DNA from: Escherichia phage Penshu1
Length of the DNA: 39,263 nucleotides
Sequence record: MK903281.1
Reading direction: 5' to 3' (one strand)
Shown here: positions 1 through 7,390 of the stretch, piece after piece
Position numbering within the stretch: the first letter of the stretch is position 1
How the letters are laid out: each line of letters starts with the position of its first letter
Notes under the pieces: model-generated
Told to the model about the DNA's origin: nothing
The model's input: the letters and a program-made list of their open reading frames with translations, nothing else
The model's database searches: none
Program-made: the position numbers and the translations under genes

Positions 1-190
1 TCTCACAGTTCAAGAACCTCAAGTCTCCCCCATAGGCCATCTTTCAGTCCAGACCAAAGGCCCTACCCAGTCTATCATAAGGTTGGACCGATGGTCAAGA
101 CTTCAGGTCAACGATAGGTTGAGGCTATGGCTTAGGGAAGGACGATAGGTTGGGACTATGGGTCTGCCTCTGAGTCTCTATCTGTATAGT
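1..190. repeat. Left genome end, probable terminal-repeat region (right boundary approximate)
   Basis: Window begins TCTCACAG, the same octamer that begins the T7 genome, followed by GT-rich sequence resembling the end of the T7 terminal repeat. The right-end copy is not in the window, so the length cannot be fixed. Confidence 0.35.
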
Positions 191-206
191 GATATAGTAT
201 AACATT

Positions 207-300
207 ACGTCCTACACCTACAGTCTCACTAACCTACAGTCCAACACCTACAGTCATAGACCATGAGACACTCACAGCCTACAGTCATAGACCTACAGTT
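207..300. repeat. Array of five CCTACAGT short direct repeats next to the terminal repeat
   Basis: CCTACAGT at 217, 233, 247, 278 and 292 with about 15 bp spacing; analogous to the CCTAAAG-type repeats flanking the T7 terminal repeat. Confidence 0.7.
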
Positions 301-410
301 AATAGACACAAAGCTATAGACTTAAGGTCAAAGACATGTTAGTCAAAGACTATATCCTCTTACACCATGAGGCCGACGATAGCTCAATCAATATTATTTC
401 AAATTACCTA

Positions 411-439
411 TTGACTATGGGTCCAGACTATGGCCTAAT
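411..439 (+). promoter_or_regulatory. Possible weak host sigma70 promoter (A1-like)
   Basis: TTGACT at 411-416, 17-bp spacer, CCTAAT at 434-439. The -35 box matches T7 A1 but the -10 lacks the conserved TA at -12/-11. Confidence 0.3.
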
Positions 440-551
440 AGCTTCCGTCAACACGACACGGCAACAACCGGATAGTGAAGACGCCGGGTCATCCCGGTTA
501 AGTAGACAGCCTGATAAGTCGTACGAACAACAGGCAGATGACAGAAAGTAG

Positions 552-581
552 TTGACAAGCAGTACCAATAAGATGTAAGAT
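552..581 (+). promoter_or_regulatory. Host sigma70 early promoter (T7 A2-like)
   Basis: TTGACA at 552-557, 18-bp spacer, TAAGAT at 576-581; the upstream flank (CCGGTTAAGTAGACAGCCTGATAAGTCG) is near-identical to the flank of T7 promoter A2. Confidence 0.6.
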
Positions 582-699
582 GCACCACATCGAAACGACG
601 GTGAAGCCTACCACTGAAACAGGCTAGCATGGCGACGACAGCCAATGCGAATGCTCTTTAACAATCTGGATAACTCTTAATGTGCGCCGATAGCGACTA

Positions 700-735
700 A
701 CTACAGGGTCTTTGAAAGCTGAAGGCCCTGACTGA
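700..735 (+). promoter_or_regulatory. RNase III-like processing hairpin, family 1
   Basis: CAGGGTCTT (704-712) pairs with AAGGCCCTG (722-730) as a 9-bp stem with one G-U pair and a 9-nt loop, directly upstream of the first early gene; position matches T7 R0.3. Confidence 0.5.
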
Positions 736-760
736 TAGTCACTAACTAAAGGATAGACAA

Positions 761-949
761 ATGGCATACCGTAAGATGACCAAAGCAGAAGTGATAGCTG
801 AATGTCGTGAGACTTTCCGCGAGTTCCCTGAGATTTTCAGAGGTGACGACATAGCGAAACAGCAGCACTGGAATGACTACACCGATAGTCTATGCAAGGA
901 TGGCATTATTTCTAACCACCAGTACAACACTTGGTCTAACCCATTTTAA
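761..949 (+). CDS. Hypothetical early protein, 62 aa
   Basis: First ORF after the early promoter and hairpin; weak SD (AAAGGA). No resemblance to T7 Ocr (gp0.3) that I can recognise. Confidence 0.5.
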   Translation: MAYRKMTKAEVIAECRETFREFPEIFRGDDIAKQQHWNDYTDSLCKDGIISNHQYNTWSNPF

Positions 950-961
950 GGAACTACAACC

Positions 962-1486
962 ATGAAACTGATAGGCAAAGGCGCGTTCACTAAGTGCTAC
1001 CTGAAGGACTGCGGGAAGCGTGTACTTCTGGTCTCTTCAGACCCAATCAAGGAGTGTATGGCGTGGGGATGGTTCCCTGAGTCTTCACTGTTCCCTGAAG
1101 TCAAGATGATTGAGGTAGGCACGTATGAGATGGACTACATGCCGCCAACACGAGGTCTCAAGGCGCATTTAGAACATGACCAGTGGCAACTCTATCAGGT
1201 GCTGCGCGACTGCTTCTCACGGTCTCCGGTATACTCTCGACCTGACGAACTGTATCACAAGTGGTACGAGATATTCCAAGATGCACACGACAGGTCTGAG
1301 TCTGAGACTGTGCGTGAGGGCCTGATGGATGTTCTGATGGCGCTGGACGCTTGCGCTAACTTCGGGTCAGACATTCAGTTTGAGATAAGCCTACGCAATG
1401 TACGGGCTGTGGCTGGCAAGTTGATACTGGTCGATTGTTTCTTCCTTGTGTCCAAGCTGCGAGAGGTGAGGTCATCAAGATGGTAA
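962..1486 (+). CDS. Protein kinase-like early protein (gp0.7 kinase-domain-like, C-terminal shut-off domain absent)
   Basis: Gly-rich loop LIGKGAFTKCY near the N-terminus resembles MLGNGHFSAAY of T7 gp0.7; 174 aa versus 359 aa in T7; position matches gene 0.7. Confidence 0.5.
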   Translation: MKLIGKGAFTKCYLKDCGKRVLLVSSDPIKECMAWGWFPESSLFPEVKMIEVGTYEMDYMPPTRGLKAHLEHDQWQLYQVLRDCFSRSPVYSRPDELYHKWYEIFQDAHDRSESETVREGLMDVLMALDACANFGSDIQFEISLRNVRAVAGKLILVDCFFLVSKLREVRSSRW

Positions 1487-1629
1487 CTTATGGTCTCTGC
1501 CAGAAACACGTCACTAGCGCCCGGCTTATGGTTCATACCGGGCAGTTAAACCACGATGCGGCTATGCGTCTCTTGAAAGTGGTCTACAAGCGCCGCAAGC
1601 GAATGCACGACAGTTTGCACGCTGAGTGA
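1480..1629 (+). CDS. Small basic protein, 49 aa, translationally coupled to the kinase-like gene
   Basis: ATG at 1480 overlaps the upstream stop (ATGGTAA); GAGGTGAGG lies about 10 nt upstream; C-terminal KRRKR basic patch. Confidence 0.4.
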   Translation: MVTYGLCQKHVTSARLMVHTGQLNHDAAMRLLKVVYKRRKRMHDSLHAE

Positions 1630-1632
1630 TAG

Positions 1633-1665
1633 ACTACAGGTCCTTTGACTGAAGGGCCTGACTGA
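1633..1665 (+). promoter_or_regulatory. RNase III-like processing hairpin, family 1 (second copy)
   Basis: CAGGTCCTT (1637-1645) pairs with AAGGGCCTG (1652-1660); shares the extended motif CCTGACTGAT(A/T)GTCACT with the hairpin at 700-735. Confidence 0.5.
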
Positions 1666-1697
1666 TTGTCACTTTATAACTACAGAAGGAACGAATA

Positions 1698-2045
1698 ATG
1701 ACTGCTAAAACTCGCAATGTATTCTCGGTAGCATTTAAACTTAAAGTTGTTAACTACTACACCTCCCTGCCTGAGGGAGCTATGGATAGGGTGACGGAAA
1801 CCGCCCAAAAGTTCGGGGTGGGGACGAGTTCGGTGAAGCGCTGGTTTACTCAGTTTAGCCGTGGTGAGCTTACCATGGAAAACGCTATTGCGGTAAGTCG
1901 CAGGCCCTCTAAGGTAATAACAGGGGACACATACCACCTTGCAGGAAAGGACTTCAAGTCCAAAGACGAGGCGATACGCTATGCAGTCGAGCTGGCTGGT
2001 GGGCTTACTGTAACCAAAATGACAACCATCGCGGTGGAAGTGTAG
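1698..2045 (+). CDS. Transposase-type helix-turn-helix DNA-binding protein (IS3 OrfA / HTH_Tnp_1-like), 115 aa
   Basis: FSVAFKLKVVNYY...ETAQKFGVGTSSVKRWFTQF matches the IS3-family OrfA HTH pattern (FxxEFKxxxV...xxAxxxGVxxStlxRWxxQ); RBS GAAGGA upstream; no DDE transposase partner nearby. Confidence 0.6.
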   Translation: MTAKTRNVFSVAFKLKVVNYYTSLPEGAMDRVTETAQKFGVGTSSVKRWFTQFSRGELTMENAIAVSRRPSKVITGDTYHLAGKDFKSKDEAIRYAVELAGGLTVTKMTTIAVEV

Positions 2046-2119
2046 GAGAGTGGTAGACGAGAGGTCATCGACTGATAGGTGGCCTCAAAGATTACCACTT
2101 ACATTGATAGGAGTTAACT

Positions 2120-2209
2120 ATGAACATCGGCTACTGGGTATGCTTATCTCCGGTAATCTTTCTGATAGCTTGGGGGCTTCTGGACGCAATCAAGCGAGGG
2201 TCATTCTAA
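2120..2209 (+). CDS. Small hydrophobic peptide, 29 aa (MNIGYWVCLSPVIFLIAWGLLDAIKRGSF)
   Basis: ATG at 2120 preceded by TAGGAG with 6-nt spacing; single predicted TM helix; stop overlaps the next start (TAATG). Confidence 0.35.
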   Translation: MNIGYWVCLSPVIFLIAWGLLDAIKRGSF

Positions 2210-2406
2210 TGAGCTGGATACTTCCGGTTATCTTCGGTTACGGACTTATCGCCTACGTGATGGGGAGAGACATCAACAAGGCGCGTAAAGTCTACAAATT
2301 AAACTATGTACGTCTAGGTCGCTGGACTGTACGCCAACCTAACGGTCGATTCATGCGTAACTTAGCGAACGTCTGGGATATAGCAACTCTTGGGAGCAAA
2401 CTATAA
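2209..2406 (+). CDS. Small membrane protein, 65 aa
   Basis: Internal ATG of track ORF 2050..2406 preceded by GAGGG; hydrophobic stretch ILPVIFGYGLIAYVMG; the N-terminal extension from 2050 has no RBS. Confidence 0.45.
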   Translation: MSWILPVIFGYGLIAYVMGRDINKARKVYKLNYVRLGRWTVRQPNGRFMRNLANVWDIATLGSKL

Positions 2407-2666
2407 TGAAAACCGCATACACTCACCGCCACTCTTCACACACCGCACTTCAACAGCAGGAGCGTGACCGGGTACTGCAAGCAAGACTCCGGGCTGAGGG
2501 CCATAAGTCCGAGCTGATGGGTCTGATATATGGTGGAAAACCAATCACTGACGACGGCAAACTTCTGGTCTCAGGCTGGAAGGCAATAGACCAACGGTCA
2601 ACCATCAAGCACACGACCCATGGTGACTTCAGTCATCTTCACGCTAACCCACTGATATGCAAGTGA
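2406..2666 (+). CDS. Hypothetical early protein, 86 aa
   Basis: ORF with coupled start (TAATGA overlap) and GGGAG upstream; no recognisable motif. Confidence 0.5.
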   Translation: MKTAYTHRHSSHTALQQQERDRVLQARLRAEGHKSELMGLIYGGKPITDDGKLLVSGWKAIDQRSTIKHTTHGDFSHLHANPLICK

Positions 2667-2672
2667 TTCTGA

Positions 2673-2693
2673 CTTAACTATCACTATAGGACT
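2673..2693 (+). promoter_or_regulatory. Phage RNAP promoter upstream of the RNAP gene (variant CTTAACTATCACTATAGGACT)
   Basis: Matches the 10-copy phage promoter family; +1 G at 2689; lies 71 nt upstream of the RNAP start codon. Confidence 0.6.
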
Positions 2694-2763
2694 CAAGGTC
2701 TAAGACTCCAAGTGAAAGACCAAAGAGACTTTAAGTGAAAGACTAATAACAAGGACTTTAAGT

Positions 2764-5445
2764 ATGAGCGTCATCTCTATTGACAAACACGACTTCTCTG
2801 ATGTGTCTAACGCCATTGAGCCGTTTAACCTGCTGGCTGACCACTATGGGCAAGACCTTGCAGTCAAACAGCTTCAGCTTGAGCATGAGGCATACACTGA
2901 AGGCGAGCGACGTTTCATCAAGAACCTTGAGCGACAGACTGAGCGTGGGGAACTGGCAGACAATCAGGTCGCCAAGCCTCTTATGCAGACTCTGGTCCCT
3001 AAGATTGCGCAAGCCGTTAAGGAGTGGCATGAAGGTCAAGACGGGAAGCTGTCAACCTCTCGTCCTAGCGTAGCTTTCACCATGTTGAGCACCGAAGAGA
3101 AGGTTGTTAAAGACCGCTCCCTACGCATCTCCTGCGAGTCTGCTGCGGTTATCATACTGAAGGTCATACTCTCCAAGCTGGTCAAGCCTGAAGGGATACC
3201 GATTACACCGATGGCCTCCGCGATAGGTCGCACACTTGAGGACGAAATCCGCTTCGGGCGCATCCGTGACAAGGAGCAGGAACACTTCAAGAAGGCGATA
3301 GCTGAGAACCTGAACAAGCGAGCCGGGGCATCCTACAAGAAGGCCTACATGCAAGCGGTTGAGACATCCATGCTGGAGCAGGGTCAACTGGAAGATGCGT
3401 GGGGGACTTGGAGTCCGACCGAGGCGGTACACGTTGGAATCAAGACGCTTGAGATTGTCATCCAGTCAACACAACTGGTCGAGCTTAAGCGCTACGGTGC
3501 TGGCAATGCAGCGGCTGACGTAGAGATGGTCCACCTGTCAGACTTTTGGGTAAAGAAGATGGCACAACGAGGATTTAGCCTTGCGGGCATCTCTCCAGTC
3601 TACCAGCCTTGCGTCGTTCCACCTAAGCCGTGGACCGGTGTCGTAGGCGGTGGGTACTGGGCCAAAGGTCGCAGACCACTACCACTGATTCGCTTAGGGT
3701 CTAAGTCTGCGGTGGCACGTTATGAAGACGTGTACATGCCTGAAGTCTATGACGCTGTGAATATCGTCCAGAATACGCCTTGGAAAGTGAACAAGAAGGT
3801 TCTGGACGTGGTGAACATGGTAGAGAAGCTGAACAACACGCCTATTGATGACATTCCTCAGATGGAGCCGCTGAAGCCTGAAGACTATGCGGGTGAGACT
3901 GAAGAGGAACTCAAGGCATGGAAGAAAGCTGCTGCTGGTATCTATCGCCGCGAGAAGGCCCGACAGTCACGCAGATTGTCACTTAGCTTTATCGTTAACC
4001 AAGCGAACAAGTTCTCTCAGTTCAAGGCCATCTGGTTCCCGTACAACATGGACTGGCGCGGTCGCGTCTACGCTGTGCCGATGTTCAACCCTCAGGGTAA
4101 CGACATGCAGAAGGGTCTCCTAACTCTGGCAGTCGGTAAGCCTATTGGTGCCAATGGTTTCAAATGGCTGAAGGTCCACGGTGCAAACTGTGCGGGTATT
4201 GATAAAGTAACCTTCGAGGAGCGCATCAAGTGGGTGGAAGACAACCACGACAACATAATGGCCACTGCTAAGGCACCGATGGACAGCATTGAGTGGTGGG
4301 GTAAGTTAGACTCTCCGTTCTGCTTCCTAGCGTTCTGCTTCGAGTATGCTGGCGTAATGCATCACGGATTGTCTTACTCCTGCTCGCTGCCGATAGCGTT
4401 CGATGGGTCCTGCTCTGGGATTCAGCACTTCAGCGCGATGCTTCGCGACCACATCGGTGGACATGCGGTAAACCTGACGCCTTCCGGTAAGGTCCAAGAC
4501 ATCTACCGCATCGTGTCTGACCGCATTGAGGAAGAGCTTAAAGTCCTGCTGGTTAACGGCACGGACAACGAGATGGTAACTCACGAGGACAAGAAAACTG
4601 GTGAGATTACCGAACGTCTCAAGCTGGGGACACGAGAGCTGGCCCGGCAGTGGCTGACTTACGGTATGTCACGCAAGGTGACTAAGCGTTCGGTCATGAC
4701 TCTGGCCTACGGGTCGAAAGAGTACGGCTTTGCAGACCAAGTGTACGAGGACATCGTGATGTCAGCGATTGACTCAGGGTCTGGCGCTATGTTCACTGAG
4801 CCAAGACAAGCGTCTCGCTTCATGGCTAAGATGATTTGGGAAGCTGTGAGTGTGACTGTAGTTGCTGCGGTTGACGCAATGAAGTGGCTTCAAGGTGCTG
4901 CCAAGCTGCTGGCGGCTGAAGTGAAGGACAAGAAGACTGGAGAAATCCTGAAGCCTTGCCTTCCGGTACACTGGGTCACACCTGACGGTTTCCCGGTCTG
5001 GCAGGAATACCGCAAGAAGGATACCACTCGTCTGAACCTGATGTTCTTAGGGTCCTTCAACCTTCAACCTACGGTCAACAAGGGCACGAAGAAGGAGCTT
5101 GACAAGCACAAGCAGGAGTCAGGCATTAGCCCGAACTTCGTCCACTCACAGGATGGAAGCCACCTACGCAAGACCGTAGTTCACACGCACCGCAAGTATG
5201 GCGTGATGTCATTCGCAGTGATTCACGATAGCTTCGGGACTATCCCGGCTGACGCTGAGTATCTGTTCCGTGGTGTCCGTGAAACGATGGTCGAGACCTA
5301 CCGCGACAACGATGTGCTGCTTGACTTCTATGAGCAGTTTGAATACCAGCTTCATGAGAGCCAGCGCGACAAGTTGCCTGAGCTTCCGAAGAAAGGTAAA
5401 CTGAATATCGAAGACATTCTGTCTTCAGACTTTGCATTCGCTTAA
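2764..5445 (+). CDS. Single-subunit DNA-directed RNA polymerase (T7 gene 1 homologue), 893 aa
   Basis: DGSCSGIQHFSAMLRD, IHDSFGTIPADA and C-terminal ...DFAFA match T7 RNAP signature segments; size matches the 883-aa T7 enzyme. Confidence 0.97.
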   Translation: MSVISIDKHDFSDVSNAIEPFNLLADHYGQDLAVKQLQLEHEAYTEGERRFIKNLERQTERGELADNQVAKPLMQTLVPKIAQAVKEWHEGQDGKLSTSRPSVAFTMLSTEEKVVKDRSLRISCESAAVIILKVILSKLVKPEGIPITPMASAIGRTLEDEIRFGRIRDKEQEHFKKAIAENLNKRAGASYKKAYMQAVETSMLEQGQLEDAWGTWSPTEAVHVGIKTLEIVIQSTQLVELKRYGAGNAAADVEMVHLSDFWVKKMAQRGFSLAGISPVYQPCVVPPKPWTGVVGGGYWAKGRRPLPLIRLGSKSAVARYEDVYMPEVYDAVNIVQNTPWKVNKKVLDVVNMVEKLNNTPIDDIPQMEPLKPEDYAGETEEELKAWKKAAAGIYRREKARQSRRLSLSFIVNQANKFSQFKAIWFPYNMDWRGRVYAVPMFNPQGNDMQKGLLTLAVGKPIGANGFKWLKVHGANCAGIDKVTFEERIKWVEDNHDNIMATAKAPMDSIEWWGKLDSPFCFLAFCFEYAGVMHHGLSYSCSLPIAFDGSCSGIQHFSAMLRDHIGGHAVNLTPSGKVQDIYRIVSDRIEEELKVLLVNGTDNEMVTHEDKKTGEITERLKLGTRELARQWLTYGMSRKVTKRSVMTLAYGSKEYGFADQVYEDIVMSAIDSGSGAMFTEPRQASRFMAKMIWEAVSVTVVAAVDAMKWLQGAAKLLAAEVKDKKTGEILKPCLPVHWVTPDGFPVWQEYRKKDTTRLNLMFLGSFNLQPTVNKGTKKELDKHKQESGISPNFVHSQDGSHLRKTVVHTHRKYGVMSFAVIHDSFGTIPADAEYLFRGVRETMVETYRDNDVLLDFYEQFEYQLHESQRDKLPELPKKGKLNIEDILSSDFAFA

Positions 5446-5505
5446 CAGGAGAGAGTTATGAAATTTGCACATAAGCAGACTGGCGTTAAGGGTGGGACTT
5501 AAATC

Positions 5506-5673
5506 GTGACCGTAACAGAACACAACGGCAAGGGTCTGGTGAAGACCACAGTCATTCCTACCGAAATGTCAAAGCAGCTTAACGTCCCATTCAAGACCCT
5601 CGTCTATCTTGTGGAATCCAGCCACGAGAAGTACCTGAAGGACGCAGTGACCAAGCTGGAGCAGGCCAAATGA
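5506..5673 (+). CDS. Possible small ORF (GTG start), in frame with a 14-codon ATG-initiated peptide ending at TAA 5500-5502
   Basis: Strong RBS (AGGAGAG) serves ATG 5458, which hits an in-frame TAA after 14 codons; the reading frame stays open from the GTG at 5506 to 5673. Confidence 0.2.
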   Translation: MTVTEHNGKGLVKTTVIPTEMSKQLNVPFKTLVYLVESSHEKYLKDAVTKLEQAK

Positions 5674-5749
5674 CAGACCTACAGTTACTGGCCTTGTGGC
5701 TGGGAGCACTAGCAGTATTCACTTTAATCCATCGCAGAAGAGGTTAACC

Positions 5750-5770
5750 CTAAACTATCACTATAGGATT
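5750..5770 (+). promoter_or_regulatory. Phage RNAP promoter (phi1.1-like)
   Basis: CTAAACTATCACTATAGGATT, +1 G at 5766. Confidence 0.75.
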
Positions 5771-5812
5771 AGACTCAAGGTCATGACTCAAAGTCGTGGC
5801 CTTCATGATTAA
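5770..5812 (+). promoter_or_regulatory. RNase III-like processing hairpin, family 2 (R1.1-like)
   Basis: AAGGTCAT (5777-5784) pairs with GTGGCCTT (5796-5803) using G-U wobbles; the conserved TAGACTCAAGGTCAT...GTGGCCTT(T/C)ATG motif recurs at 12520 and 36233. Confidence 0.55.
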
Positions 5813-5844
5813 CCATAAATAAACACTACTGGAGATTTAACCGT

Positions 5845-6024
5845 ATGTATCAGAACACTATCAACTTCGAGCGCATCCGTGAACGTCAGCAGACTGAAGG
5901 TTACATTCCTAAGGGCCGCAAGCTGAACAAGACTAAACGTGGCGGTGGCGTGAAGGGTGCTTTCCGTAACGCTGAAGGTAAAGACTCTATGGTTAACCAA
6001 GAGAAGTATTTCGTAGGAGCATAG
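5845..6024 (+). CDS. gp1.1-like small basic protein, 59 aa
   Basis: ATG at 5845 with GGAGA RBS; contains GRKLNKTKR as in T7 gp1.1; below the 60-aa cutoff of the ORF track. Confidence 0.55.
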   Translation: MYQNTINFERIRERQQTEGYIPKGRKLNKTKRGGGVKGAFRNAEGKDSMVNQEKYFVGA

Positions 6025-6028
6025 CCAA

Positions 6029-6286
6029 ATGGGCAGACTTTATAGTGGCAACCTAAACGCTTTCAAAGCAGCGTGTAACCGACTCTATCAGTTAGACTTC
6101 TGCGTGATACAGCAGGACTGGTACGATGCGCATCTTCGGAAAGAGTGCATGAGACTTCAAGTCGAGGACCGAGCTGGTAGCATCTTCTCGCTTAAGACCT
6201 TCGCACACCGCGATGAAGACGTACTGTATAACACTGCAACAGGCTTCCTTAACTGTCTCGCTAACCAACTCGACACATGGAGATAA
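6029..6286 (+). CDS. gp1.2-like protein (host dGTPase inhibitor family), 85 aa
   Basis: MGRLYSGNLNAFKAA...DWYDA...HRDEDVLYN aligns along its length with T7 gp1.2 (MGRLYSGNLAAFKAA...). Confidence 0.8.
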   Translation: MGRLYSGNLNAFKAACNRLYQLDFCVIQQDWYDAHLRKECMRLQVEDRAGSIFSLKTFAHRDEDVLYNTATGFLNCLANQLDTWR

Positions 6287-6290
6287 CACA

Positions 6291-7325
6291 ATGACAACTA
6301 TTAAAACCAACCCGCACCGCGCTGTAGATTACTCTGAGTCTGGCATTAAGAAGGCACTGGAAGCAGCCGGGTCTCTGGAAGCTGAAGTGAAGTATGACGG
6401 TGTGCGTTTAAACCTCATGGTCCTGCGTGAAGGTGAGACCTACTGGCTGAGCCGTGAGTCTAAACCTCTTCCAGCCTTGGAGTGGATGAACTCTGAGTTA
6501 GGTAATGCGTGGACCCAAGCTGACTGGCGATGGTTCCTGCGTCAAGCTGGCTACGAAGGCGTGGGCTTGATGATTGATGGCGAGGTCATGGTCAAAGGCG
6601 TGGACTTCAATACCTCCTCAGGCCTCATCCGAACAAAATGGCTCAAGCCTAGCAACGAGGAGTTCGCTGAATGTTATCCGGGCCGTGGCAAGAAGGTCCC
6701 GTTCTGGGTAGCCCGGTCACGACTTAAGGTTGTTGTCTACGGTGTCGTTGATATGCCGACCATAGCCGACCCAAAAGCCGAAGGTCCTATCCATAGCGTC
6801 ACACGCCTGAAGGCCGAAGCTATCGTCCCTCTCCTCCAGAAATACTTCCCGGAAATCGACTGGGTTCTGTCTGAGTCACACACGGTCTATGACCTTGAGT
6901 CGCTCAACTCCCTGTACGAAGAGAAGCGTCTGGAAGGACACGAGGGTCTGGTAGTCAAGGACCCGCTTGGTAAGTACAAGCGTGGCAAGAAGTCTGGCAT
7001 GTGGAAGATGAAGCCTGAGGAGACCATCGACGGGACTGTGTGTGGCCTAGTGTGGGGGACTCCTGGTAAGGCTAACGAGGGCAAGGTGATTGGCTTTGAG
7101 GTACTCTTAGAGGACGGCATGGTGGTTAACGCCTGCGGTCTGACTGAATCTCAGAAGGACGAGCTCACTGCTGAGGTTAAACGTCAGGAAGACGAAGAGG
7201 TTAATCCCTACGAAGGCTGGCAGGTTGAAGTCCTCTTTATGGAGCGATTCCCTGACGGCTCATTGCGTCACCCTAGCTTCAAGTGCTGGCGAGGGACGGA
7301 AGATGACCCGACCATTAAGAGCTAA
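6291..7325 (+). CDS. ATP-dependent DNA ligase (T7 gene 1.3 homologue), 344 aa
   Basis: Start moved to ATG 6291 (MTTIKTNPH..., GGAGA RBS), matching the T7 ligase N-terminus; adenylation motif KYDGVR; C-terminal SLRHPSF...RGTED as in T7. Confidence 0.9.
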   Translation: MTTIKTNPHRAVDYSESGIKKALEAAGSLEAEVKYDGVRLNLMVLREGETYWLSRESKPLPALEWMNSELGNAWTQADWRWFLRQAGYEGVGLMIDGEVMVKGVDFNTSSGLIRTKWLKPSNEEFAECYPGRGKKVPFWVARSRLKVVVYGVVDMPTIADPKAEGPIHSVTRLKAEAIVPLLQKYFPEIDWVLSESHTVYDLESLNSLYEEKRLEGHEGLVVKDPLGKYKRGKKSGMWKMKPEETIDGTVCGLVWGTPGKANEGKVIGFEVLLEDGMVVNACGLTESQKDELTAEVKRQEDEEVNPYEGWQVEVLFMERFPDGSLRHPSFKCWRGTEDDPTIKS

Positions 7326-7334
7326 CTAAATGTC

Positions 7335-7368
7335 AACCCAGTGGTCTTAGGACTGCTGGGTTTCTTTG
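7335..7368 (+). terminator. Rho-independent early terminator (T7 TE-like)
   Basis: Stem ACCCAGTGGTC / GACTGCTGGGT with loop TTAG, followed by TTTCTTT, directly after the ligase stop. Confidence 0.5.
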
Positions 7369-7390
7369 CGTCTAGGCCACCAGCTAGACC

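Noticed and set aside
181-200. Promoter-like sequence on the minus strand (reverse complement reads TATATCACTATACAGA)
   Set aside because: Shares the ATCACTATA core but lacks the conserved upstream CTAAACT and the +1 GG, and would transcribe leftward off the genome end; more likely a chance or relic match in the repeat-rich terminal region.
336-551. 71-aa + strand ORF at the left end
   Set aside because: Lies in the non-coding leader upstream of the early promoters, has no ribosome-binding site, and its 3' end overlaps the A2-like promoter flank; T7-like genomes have no genes here.
1435-1486. Programmed frameshift joining the kinase-like ORF to the downstream basic ORF
   Set aside because: No canonical slippery heptamer in the 52-nt overlap; the downstream ORF has its own ATG (1480) and SD, so two coupled genes is the simpler reading.
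2050-2406. Single 118-aa ORF as given in the track
   Set aside because: The first ATG has no SD, whereas internal starts at 2120 (other frame) and 2209 have good SD sequences and yield compact TM peptides; annotated as two small genes instead.
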